Of a DNA stretch of 64,000 nucleotides, positions 1-10,486 are shown piece after piece. The notes beneath the pieces were generated by a model that searched no databases, was not told where the DNA came from, and saw only the letters and a program-made list of their open reading frames with translations. The first letter of the stretch is position 1, and every line of letters begins with the position of its first letter. Made by a program: the position numbers and the translations under genes. Where the stretch lies: positions 16,926,001 through 16,990,000 of the forward strand of contig NC_135763.1 of assembly GCF_052425735.1 (NCBI RefSeq), written 5' to 3'. This stretch comes from Oculina patagonica (taxonomy: Eukaryota).

Positions 1-289
1 GCCACTGCACGTCTTTTCACCACAACAAAAAACGTGTTTTCTGCGGGAATAATTAAAAAAAATTGCCATGCACAATCGCGCGGAATATCGCTTGATACCC
101 GATACGTAACTTTGACGCTTGTACACAAAAGACAAGTGGTCTCACCCTTCTGACGTGCAAAGATTGCCGGGTAAATCCCCCTTAAACGGAGACATTATTA
201 GAAAGAAACAGTTTAATGAACTACACTGTACTGTAGTAGCTGTTTCTGACGAGAATATCCATTTGTTCAACATTCAATATTTTTGGAGT

Positions 290-3200
290 AATAATAATAA
301 TAATAATATTTAAGATTTCTAAGGCGCAAATTAACATGTAAATATGACCAAATGCACCTTACAAATATATAGAAGAAAACAAATTAAAAAAATACTAAGA
401 ATATAAGAGTTTTAAAAACTAGCTATTTACAATAACGTACATATGACTAAAAAGAGATTAAAAAGCCTAAAAATATAATTAATAGATATTAAAATGATCT
501 TACTTATACGCTTTCCTAAATAAAAATGTCTTCAGTTTTGATTTAAAAAGGTTAAAATTCTCATTGTGTCTTATTTCGCTCGGCAATTGATTCCAGAGCG
601 TTGGAGCAGCAGCCGATAAAGCTCTGTCACCTGGTGTCTTCTTCGTCTTTATGGAGGATGGTGCGAGAAGCAGTTCCGAATTCGAACGAAGACCGTACAT
701 AGAGGGACTCTTAATGTCAATAAGATCGATAATGTAGTTCGGCGCTCTGTCATGTATTGCTTTAAAAGTAATAATTAAAACTTTAAAATCAATTCTGAAT
801 TTAACGGGTAACCAATGTAAAAAATATAAAACCGGAGTTATGTGACTAAAACGCGGAGTTAAGCATATAAGCCTAGCAGCTGCATTTTGCACGCGTTGCA
901 GCTTTATGATATGGGTGGTCGGTAAACCGTAGAGGAGACTGTTACAGTAGTCGATACGCCCCATTATCAATGCATGGACTAGCGTTTTGGTAGACTCAAT
1001 CGAAAGAAACTTCCTGATGCGTCTTATGTTGTGCAAGTGATAAAAAGCAGCCCTACATGTCTTAGTAATGTGTGTCACTAAACTAAGGTTGGTGTCAAAC
1101 CAAGTTCCAAGATTTCTTGCAGCAGCAACAGGAGCAACACTGACATCACCAACTGATAACTTCTCGATGTTCACCTTGTTAAGCTGTTGTCTCGTGCCAA
1201 TTATTAGGAATTCGGTTTTGTCGTCATTTAGCTTTAACTTGTCAGTAATCATCCACGCTCGGATCGCCTTTATGCAAAGTTCCCTTGCTTCAATTGCTTC
1301 AGATTGACTAGATGTAGAGACCGGCTTGAAGGACAAGTAGAGTTGTGTGTCGTCTGCATACGCATGTGCCACAGGAAGATGATCCTTTATCACCTCGAAT
1401 AGCTTGCTAGAGTAGATCGTAAATAGTAGGGGTCCTAAGCATGAGCCTTGAGGAACTCCGTGTGGTAGATTGCAACTGCCAGAGTGACACCCCCCAAGAA
1501 CGACTTGTTGCGAACGGTTAGAAAGGTACGATTCAAACCACTTCAGAGCTGTTCCTGTGACACCAAGACTCGACTGTAGACGATGAAGTAAGATTTTGTG
1601 GTCCACCGTGTCGAACGCTGCACTGAGATCAAGAAGTACTAAGAGTGTCACATGCTGGCGGTTCATATTCATCAGAATATCGTTCTGGACTTTTAGGAGC
1701 GCAGTCTCAGTACTGTGATATTTACGATATGCAGACTGAAGGGCTGGATACAGGCTAAAATCCATCATGTGGTTGTATATCTGGTCAAATACGGCGCGTT
1801 CTGTCAGTTTTGACGGGAATTGAAGATTGCTCACTGGTCGTAGGTTTTTGAACACCGAATCCAAGCCATCCTTCTTTAGGAGGGGGCTGACCAGAGCTTG
1901 TTTCCATTCAAGGGGAAAGTAACCTGAGGACAGTGACGAGTTAACTATGCAGGTGATGACAGGAAGGAGAACATCAAGGCAATTAACGACAAGTGAAGTT
2001 GGCATCGGGTCCATTAAGCAGGACTTCTTAGCTGATTTCTGGATTAGAGCAAAAACATCGCCCTCAGTAAGAGGGCGGAAGGCACTTAAAGATGGACATT
2101 GACGATGATCTATGACCTCAGGATCGGTAGATATTGCACCACACGCACCAAGATCCACGTCAGTAGCATCGATGCCTGAACGAATTCTGGCAATCTTTCG
2201 TATGAAGAAGTCATTGATGTCATTAGCTAGAGTCGTTTTGTCATGATAGTCGGGGAAAGAGAGTCCATTCTTTCTTGCAAGGAGTTTCTTCGTAGCTTTA
2301 AATAGCCTTCCTTGATCAGCACTGTTCTCATTGATGAAATTGGTATAAAACGACCTTCTAGCTTGATTCATGAGATAAGTCACGTGGTTTTTCCAAGACT
2401 TAAAGGCAATCAGATCTGATGGTAATTTGGATTTTCTCCATGTTCGCTCAGCTTTCCGTCGCTTACGTTTGGCGGCATCTATTTCGGCATTGTACCAAGG
2501 TACCCTCGGCCTAGCTTTAAAGGTCTTTGTTTTTAATGGCGCATGGCAATTTGTCAATTTGGACAGAGTGCTGTTATAATTACTTACAAGCGCATCAACT
2601 GCTTCCGGCATCAGATTAGTGAACTCATCAGGTTGTTCTTGACATAATCCGGAGGCAGCTAGGTCATTTTTGAGTGAATCCAAGTTCACTGATTTGAGCT
2701 TCCTGTAAGTTAGCTTATTTGTAGTCACACCTGGTTTATTTTGCGAAAAGGTGCAAAGTACCGATGCATGATCAGATATAAAACGGTGAATATGTGGAGG
2801 ATCCTGAATAATTTGTTCAGACCATCGAGTGATAATGAGATCAAGTGTGTGTCCGTGAACATGAGTAGGCTGGGTGACGTGTTGCCGAAGACCAACAGAC
2901 TCCAAGAGATCCAACAGCTTGATAGCGTCAGGGTCATCAACAGCATTAACATGAATGTTAAAGTCACCGGTTATTAGTAGTTGCTCCTTGGACAGAAGAA
3001 TGGATTCAAGATAATTCGAAAACTCCGTAAAGGAAAACACTGGTTGAGACTCTATGTAATTCAGAGTATGGAGGACGGTAGATAATAACGACGCGGAGAT
3101 TATGCAAAGATGATGACGTTACAGTCCATTCGGAGAATTCAAATGACTCTTTTTCGCCAGCAGCAACTTTCTTGACATCCAGTGAATCACGGTATACTAG

Positions 3201-3366
3201 ACCCGTTCCTCCGCCGCGTCGTCCGACACGGGGGTGATCGTTAAAGTTGTATCCGTCAGGGCACACCTCGGCCCGTACAGCTGCATCATCCGGGCATAGC
3301 CAGGTCTCAGTGATCGCAAAAAGATCGGCTTTGCAATCACATATGTAGTCAAAAATATAAGCGCTG
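290..3366 (-). mobile_element. Non-LTR retrotransposon (L2/CR1 group LINE), 5'-truncated; ORF2 with APE endonuclease and reverse transcriptase, one frameshift
   Basis: ORF 3006..3455 carries EN motifs (DLFAITETWL, RGGGTGLVYR, IYRPP). ORF 500..3040 carries GDFN, HTLDL, SDH, LDLSAAFDTVDH, GVPQGSCLGP, YADD and LHWLP. The two frames are offset by an apparent 1-nt insertion near 3032. The 3' UTR ends in a (TTA)n tail at 290-310. EN homology stops at about 3366. Confidence 0.93.
500..3040 (-). CDS. LINE ORF2, C-terminal EN part plus reverse transcriptase (846 aa open frame)
   Basis: RT motifs QSAYRKYHSTETAL, LDLSAAFDTVDH, PQGSCLGP and YADD are present in the provided translation. Confidence 0.85.
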   Translation of the reverse strand: MFSFTEFSNYLESILLSKEQLLITGDFNIHVNAVDDPDAIKLLDLLESVGLRQHVTQPTHVHGHTLDLIITRWSEQIIQDPPHIHRFISDHASVLCTFSQNKPGVTTNKLTYRKLKSVNLDSLKNDLAASGLCQEQPDEFTNLMPEAVDALVSNYNSTLSKLTNCHAPLKTKTFKARPRVPWYNAEIDAAKRKRRKAERTWRKSKLPSDLIAFKSWKNHVTYLMNQARRSFYTNFINENSADQGRLFKATKKLLARKNGLSFPDYHDKTTLANDINDFFIRKIARIRSGIDATDVDLGACGAISTDPEVIDHRQCPSLSAFRPLTEGDVFALIQKSAKKSCLMDPMPTSLVVNCLDVLLPVITCIVNSSLSSGYFPLEWKQALVSPLLKKDGLDSVFKNLRPVSNLQFPSKLTERAVFDQIYNHMMDFSLYPALQSAYRKYHSTETALLKVQNDILMNMNRQHVTLLVLLDLSAAFDTVDHKILLHRLQSSLGVTGTALKWFESYLSNRSQQVVLGGCHSGSCNLPHGVPQGSCLGPLLFTIYSSKLFEVIKDHLPVAHAYADDTQLYLSFKPVSTSSQSEAIEARELCIKAIRAWMITDKLKLNDDKTEFLIIGTRQQLNKVNIEKLSVGDVSVAPVAAARNLGTWFDTNLSLVTHITKTCRAAFYHLHNIRRIRKFLSIESTKTLVHALIMGRIDYCNSLLYGLPTTHIIKLQRVQNAAARLICLTPRFSHITPVLYFLHWLPVKFRIDFKVLIITFKAIHDRAPNYIIDLIDIKSPSMYGLRSNSELLLAPSSIKTKKTPGDRALSAAAPTLWNQLPSEIRHNENFNLFKSKLKTFLFRKAYK

Positions 3367-6300
3367 GGTGGTGGGGAAGTTGAGGTGGAACTCTGGCACT
3401 TGGACACAGTAGCCACGTGATTACACATTCTGAAATTCAAAGAATTGTCTGGCAAATTCTACCCGAAGCGGAGATATTACAACAGTGTATATTGAAACAA
3501 TAGAGTTTGGTTAATGAGCTGTACCGTTTTTGACCACAACTTCTATTGTTTCAGCATTCAATTTTTCCCGTGCGAATAATAGCCCTTCTAAAAGGTTGTG
3601 ACTTTAGTAGTAAACTCTTTTATTAAAACACAATAGTGTGGTTACACCCCTTCTGACGCACAAAGAATTGTCTTGCACATCTTCCTTGGAGCAGAGATAC
3701 TAGAACAGAATATTAAAACAATAGAAATTGGTCGATAAGATACACTGTACCGTGGTAGCAGTTTTTGACGAAGGACCTCTCTTGTTTATATAACCCGATC
3801 TAAAAGAGGTGACTGAAACTTGTACATAATAGACAACGAACCTCTTCTGACGCGCAAATACTCCTTGAAGCGGAGATAGTGTATTACAACATGAATATTG
3901 ATTGACACAATGAGCTACAATGGAAATCGGATAATGAGCTTCACCATACTATGGTAGCTGCTTTAGATGAGGACGTCTCTATGGTGCTCCAACCTCAAAG
4001 GACCCTAGTCAGTCACGCCTTTGTTTTTGCTTACATACGAGAGTTTCGGTTTTATAATTATTTTAGGCAGAGTGTGTCTAAACGAAAGAGATCACTGTGA
4101 AACTGTTACAGGTAATTAAACTTTAAGTAAAACAACTTACAGCAATGCAATAAGATTTCGCTTCACCATGCAATTTTCACAATTTCGATGGCATCGAAAA
4201 TGGTGGAGGCTGACTAGGGTCTTTTACGAAGAAAACCGCATGCGCATGCATGCGCTAATAACGGGTAAAAAAAACGACAACAACAAGTAGCTTTCTTTTA
4301 ATGGATAAAGAAGAAAAATGATAACCAAACACAGCTACATGTTACGTGTAGAACGGTTTGTTTAAGAAGAAAAAGTCTTAAACCTGTCATTAAACCATAA
4401 TGCTGAGTTCTTTGGATTTTGTTACAACCGGAAATGTAGTCAGTAAACCTAATTATTCCTATTTGCCTGTTTTCATCTTCTTTTTATTTGCAATTCAATG
4501 TAAGTGTAATCAATGTTCTACTCTTTTGCGGCAACGTTTTCGTACGTTTCTATATGATTTCGACTTTAAAGATAATTTTGGATTTGGCAAAATGACATGG
4601 TCGGTATTCAGTCTCGTTTCCAGGCACCGTTGGAGACTGGGGAAACAGAGACTGGGGATCAAATCAAAATATACTGCCACCACTGAAAACAAACAACGTT
4701 ACCGTCATAAAACAAACGTCTTTCTGTGCCAATGGGAACACAGCGCAGCAAGCCCAAGCTGGTAGAGGCTAGAGTCGTGTATCCTAGCAACAGTGTTTGT
4801 AAAACGCCGCCAAAATATGGGCCAACAGATGGCGCCCCTTGACCTCGAAAATTTCGAACTCCCCAAACGAGACAATAAAGGAACGATATCATGAGCAATG
4901 TGCCAAAGACCTGAGATACAGAAAATAGCTGCTTTGATGCCACCGTTAGGCCAGGAAAGGGACAGTTAAATCCACTAGACAAGAGTTTGAAGTTGAAGAA
5001 CCCAGTAATTGACTCAATAAGATCAGTTTTCACGAGTGATTGTGACGAGTTGGGGATAAGGAAAAGACTTGCTGCCTGAAAAAAGAAGAATAGAATCTTC
5101 AGATAACCTTTGTCAAAGTTATTATCTTGGTCCGCTTGTTCGTTTTCTTTGAACCACAGGATTTGACGCTTGAGCCATGAGACAACAGGAGGGTTAAATG
5201 TAAAGTAGGACGCCATGAGAAATACATAAAGTACCACCAGTGGCCAAAACCGTCATTACACTGATGTGATGATCTGCAATGTGTAGAGTAAAGTGTCTCA
5301 GTGTAACCTTTACAACAGCGTCCACATAACTCACCAGAACGGTTGCCCTGACAACCATTGTATTCTGGAAAATCGGATCTCTTCGCAGGATTACAATAAC
5401 CTACAGGACACATAGCAAACTGTAGCGTTGGGGGATTGATCTGCTGTTTAAAACCCCAAAAATTACTTCTGGCGACTATATTTTGAGTACAGTTTGCTCC
5501 AAACGGGCATGGAAGACATTGAAATCCTGGCACTAAATGAGAACCAAGCGCACGGCCACGCTGCAGGCTGTAAGTGTTTCCTTTGCATGCTGAACAGCTA
5601 AATTGGAGAGTAGTGACTTGAATTGTGCATGATCTGTTGTTATGCAGTGTCGTGACCTGATCAGTAAAATTAAGAATTTCCATTTCACTTCCAACAGGAC
5701 AGTAGAGCTGTGTCGAATTCCCAACATCTATCTGTCTACCATTAACTACCAGCATCAAAGGAGTTGTTCTGCTATACGGCCTGGCGTCCATTGTTGTATT
5801 GGATATAGTAAATTCTCCTGAACTTTCTGCATGAATGAATGAAGTTTTTGAGCCGTTCACTAGAAGATGAAGTAGCTGGTTCATGGTTTGATGGAAAAGG
5901 CTGTCCTGTATTTTGACACTTCCTGATCCAGCCACTGTGTAAATATGACCTCCTTCAGTTTTTGCGAAATTGTCAACAAAGTAGCAATTGCGAAGTGTTA
6001 CATTGCCATTTGCTACATGTATAGCACCACCAAAAGCTGCAGCATTTCTCTCAAATGTTGAATCTTCAATAATCGCAAAACTTTTATAATCCCAGGAAGG
6101 ATAATTTTTAAAATCATTGTGTTTAAAAACAGAAGTACACCCTGGATCGTTTTGAATGTCTGGTTCCAGTCCAAGAAATAGAGCTCCACCTTCGCCTTGA
6201 AACGAAATGTTGTCGACGAATCGAGACTTTCTGACTACAAAATGCGCCTTTCCTCCATTTCTTGTTAAGTATATGGCACCCCCTTCTCTTTCTGATGTAA

Positions 6301-8194
6301 AATAAGTGAATGTTGTGTTTGTTATTAAGATGTACCTGGAAATTGAGCTGATTCCGCCTAAAGAAAACGCTCTTTCAGCTTCTTTCATAGTACTAGGCGC
6401 CGTGAGACCTTCGAAATAGGAATCCTCAACTTCAACTATGTTCACGTCCAGTATATTAAACACATCACACATGTTCTTCAAAAATCGAGACTGGCTTACT
6501 TTCAAAGCAAAAATATTTTGAATTGCAACAGCTCCATATACCTGTGCGGTATTTGATTCTATGGTCGCTTTTTTAAGTATGAAAATAGCCCCATTGAATA
6601 CCATCATTAACGATATTGCGCTTCCCTCTTTTGCGACGTTATCTGAAAATGTTGAGTTTTCTACTGTAATTTGACTGGCATTGATTCTCCAGGCTCGATG
6701 AATGTAAATTGCTCCGCCACTGCGAGTCGCATAATTGGAAGTAAAGTGACTGTTGTTGATACTTATCTGCATATCAATTCCAATAATCGATCCACCATAA
6801 AAGCCCGCACGACAACTTAGAAAACGTGAACTGTCAATAGACAAGTGCAAGTCAGCGTCTTCCTTGGTATCAACGGCCGACGAATCTACACTTAATGCTC
6901 CTCCGTTAAAATATGAATTGCAGCTGGTAAACCTAGAGTGACGCAGTTGAATTGATCCCACAGCAGCATCAATGTTCACCGCTCCCCCATTTCCAAACGT
7001 GGCTTTGTTGCCTGAGAAGATGGTATGAAGAAAACTGAACTCGACTTTGACGCACTTAATGTTGAACGCCCCACCATGAACAGCAGTCGTGTTAACAAAA
7101 GATGAATTGAACACGTTCAGCTTGCAGTAATCAGTTCCTGTCATGGATGTAATACCGCCATTTCCCTCCACTTTGTGACCACGAAAACTAGAGTTGTATA
7201 TCTGCAGTGAAATGTTGGATGCGCTGATTTGGAACGAGCGTGCATTTTGACCCATGAAGTTGCTAGCATTGACAATCATGTTTGCAGTGGTGCTGCGAAT
7301 AATGCATTCACTGTAAGGGTAACCCGTCAAAACATCTCGGCTTGTTAATGGACTGTTATCAAGAAACGTGACGTCCTGAAGGTGGAAGTTCTGAATGCCA
7401 TGTTTTAGCTCTGAGAAAACAAGGCCCGTTGGACTGAACGTGTTGCGGGAAAACGTTACATTGTCCAGAGTGATATCACAGCTTACAGACTGGTTATTGT
7501 AAGAATATCCAAGGAACGAAATACAACTTCCGTTATTGCGCATGACATTGGCGTCAAAAGAAGAATCGTTCATCCGGACAGTGACTTGGATCGTCTGTGA
7601 TAGCTTGTTTGTTCCGTTGACGACAATTGAGATACACTCACTGTTACTAACAAAGGTCGAGTTTGTAAATTGAATGTTCGAAACCAGCCTGTTAGTTATT
7701 AAGAACTTGACACCTTCTCTGTTACCTTCAAATTCGGAGTCTCTGATCTCAGCGGACGCATCTCGAAAAAGCACAAAGGTTTCCTTTACTAGTAGTTTTG
7801 ATAAGGTAACTTCCATTTGGTATGTATTGTCAGAACCATCAAACGTCAACCAAGTTCCGTTTGCGCATCGTATTTGAGGCCTGGGACCTAATCCTATTAA
7901 AGATAGGCTCTTGTTAATGTAAATTCCCGGATGTTGTGGAGTCATTGATTGACAGGTGTAGGGATCTTTTTCAGTGTTAGTGCCATCCAAGTGAATGTGA
8001 TCCCCGTGTGACGCCAATGTGACTGCTCGCCAAATGGTTTTGCAGGGCTTTTCTTGATCACATGACCAACTGTCGTTACCCGATGCACGGGAAATGAACA
8101 AGTTCTTTCTAGTAGTAACATTTTCTGGGGAAAAATGTCATGTGATGAGCTGTCACAAATAAATGAAAATGCTACACTTTTAATCTTGGCCACT

Positions 8195-8290
8195 AGCTGA
8201 AAAAAATACAGTGGCTCAGTTGGGATTCGAACTCACGGCCTACGGGTTACATGTCCACTGATCTACCCTCTGAGGTACAGAGCCACGATG
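8195..8290 (-). mobile_element. tRNA-derived SINE head (decayed)
   Basis: The minus strand reads GGCTCTGTACCTCAGAGGGTAGA...GTTCGAATCCCAACTGAGCC followed by a T-rich tract. It has A-box and B-box-like motifs, but the cloverleaf stems are broken. Confidence 0.6.
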
Positions 8291-9027
8291 GGAACAGCAT
8301 ACTATTCGCACTGCATAAATTCTCGACATGGCATATAAGTACTACAAATCAAGAATACATTGACATTGTTCAAGTGCGACAGCGGAGGGAACATACCAAG
8401 TGCGATTAGTAGCCAGCTGGTAGTTTTGTTGGATATTGTTGGGAGTCAGTTGTGGGTGTTCATATCGTTTGAGGGTATTATGGATGGTACAATTTCACCT
8501 AACCACCCACCCTCCCGTGACGTACTTAGTTTGCACTGCGACTCTTGTCGGGTCGCCGAATTTTATCCCCAATCTTAAATGCGATGCGATGATTGTTGCA
8601 GTGCGGAATAGGATACTGTTCATCAGCATTTATATGTTTTCGTACATGAAATACGTTCCACATGTTCGTTACAGGAATATCCTGTACACTTGTAAGATCA
8701 AATAGGATTCACTCACGCACTATTCTAACCTTCCGGTTAAAGTAGTCCTATTTGTTGTACAATCTTTTTCACAGGGATTTTTCTGCTTTTCAGTTAAAAG
8801 TACTGAAGTATAATGTACTCTCGCTCGTACACGAAATGCGCCTAGAGCAAAAAGATGAATATATAAAGTAAATTGTTGTTGAAAGAAGTGGGAGCCGTTA
8901 TTAGTTTTTAGCTGTTTTTCCAAGGCACAAGGGCATAACTTGAAAAAGTCAGAAATCTAAAGTTCCTGATGGCACCACAGTAACATCACTCGTTTATAGC
9001 TTCAGTACACTGGCAGAATAATTTTTA

Positions 9028-9822
9028 TTAGTCTAATATCAAGAGGTGAGTATATGAATGCGACATTCTGATTAGTCAAGAAGCTCTGGTTTATGACGTT
9101 ATATTCACCTCGCTTGGAGGTGAATATAGCAATTCAGGGCCTGGTTACTAAGCAACGCCAACTTTGCCATCCAGGCAAGTAAACATGGCGGCATTTGATG
9201 AATGAAATTTTCGTTCATTCGAAAGAAATTGCGTCAAGTCCGGAGTATTCAAAACAGTTGGAATTTTGAAAATGGCTACCAAGGCTTTTGAACCGAAAAT
9301 ATTTTCAAAAGATGGTTCTCAAGGAATTAGAACTGGTGCTAAGGACGGTGGTTTTACAGGTCGCGCGCGGTCACAAGAAACTCGGTGGCAGATCAATTGA
9401 CAAAAAAAAATACTCAGTTCTCTTCAGATCAGAGCTACTCGACTCGTTTCAAGAGGATTTGCACAATTGTCTAGAAGTCGCCAACGATTAAACAAAGGTA
9501 GTGTTTGTTTTGTTTTGTTTTATTGCTTAAACTAAAGTGTAAATTCTGATGTACAATCGGTGAATTAAACTAATCAGAATGTCGCATTCATAATTTCACC
9601 TCTTGAAATTAAACTTGTTTACACGTATTCAAGCGAGCACTTGTGTTTGTTTTGTTTCCGTGTTTTAGTTCTTTATTTTATAGTTCTTGATATTCACCTC
9701 TTAAAATTAGACTAAAACAATTATTCGCCTCAGGCTCAGTGAATCTCGGCGAATATCCCCCTTGACTTCGTCTCGGGGAATATTCGCCGAGATTCACTTC
9801 GCCTTCGGCGAATAATTGTTAA
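9028..9822. repeat. Non-autonomous DNA element with internal inverted repeats and a terminal hairpin
   Basis: AAGAGGTGA..ATGAATGCGACATTCTGATTAGT (~9041-9077) is inverted at ~9569-9605. A near-perfect ~105-bp hairpin AACAATTATTCGCC...GGCGAATAATTGTT lies at ~9716-9820. Confidence 0.55.
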
Positions 9823-10072
9823 ACAAACTTAAACCACTATTGATAGGCTCTTGAATTTTTAAAGTGAAGCTTGTGACAGTGTCCCTTTAATGCACACGAA
9901 TAAATAACAAAAACGTAGCTTGCTCAATACCCGAGAAGCAAAAACATGACCCGCTTAGTGATAGATTCGACACGATTTGAGTTTATGATCCACTTGTGGG
10001 ATTTGTGGGAACTATACTGTGATGTGAACATACATGTACTTCGTTTTGCAGAGGATTGCGTGATGAACACTT

Positions 10073-10486
10073 CCCGGCGTATCCAATCGAACGTTCGGTA
10101 ATCGAACCCAATCGAACACCAATCGTTCGATTGGGTTCGAACTCACAATAAAATTTGGCCAATCGAACAAAATCGAACGTTTGATTACCGATCAGTTGAC
10201 AATAGTACTTAGTCAAACGTTCGATTACCGAACTCCTGTTTGTTTATATTGCGGACATTTTGTGCAGTGCACCGTCCCCCTGATTAGTCCTAAGTGATTA
10301 TATAGAGACGGATTCCGAACAAAATCGAATCGGATTGAGTTTAATTGTGTTAGATTGGTTCGAAAATCGAACTCACAGCAAAATAGATGTTCGATTTGGT
10401 TCGATTACCGAACCCAATCGAACGATTGGTGTTCGATTGGGTTCGATTGATTTTTGGTTCGATTTTGTTCGATTGGATACCCCGGG
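10073..10486. mobile_element. MITE with CCCGG-terminal TIRs and multiple internal (A)ATCGAAC/GTTCGAT repeats
   Basis: 20-bp TIRs CCCGGCGTATCCAATCGAAC / GTTCGATTGGATACCCCGGG (1 mismatch), flanked on both sides by ACACTT (10067-10072, 10487-10492). Confidence 0.8.

Noticed and set aside
3367-3455. N-terminus of ORF 3006..3455 as part of the LINE
   Set aside because: It is flanking host repeat sequence read in frame across the 5' truncation junction.
8211-8286. Possible tRNA gene
   Set aside because: The D and anticodon stems do not pair and the T stem is mismatched; it fits a decayed SINE head.
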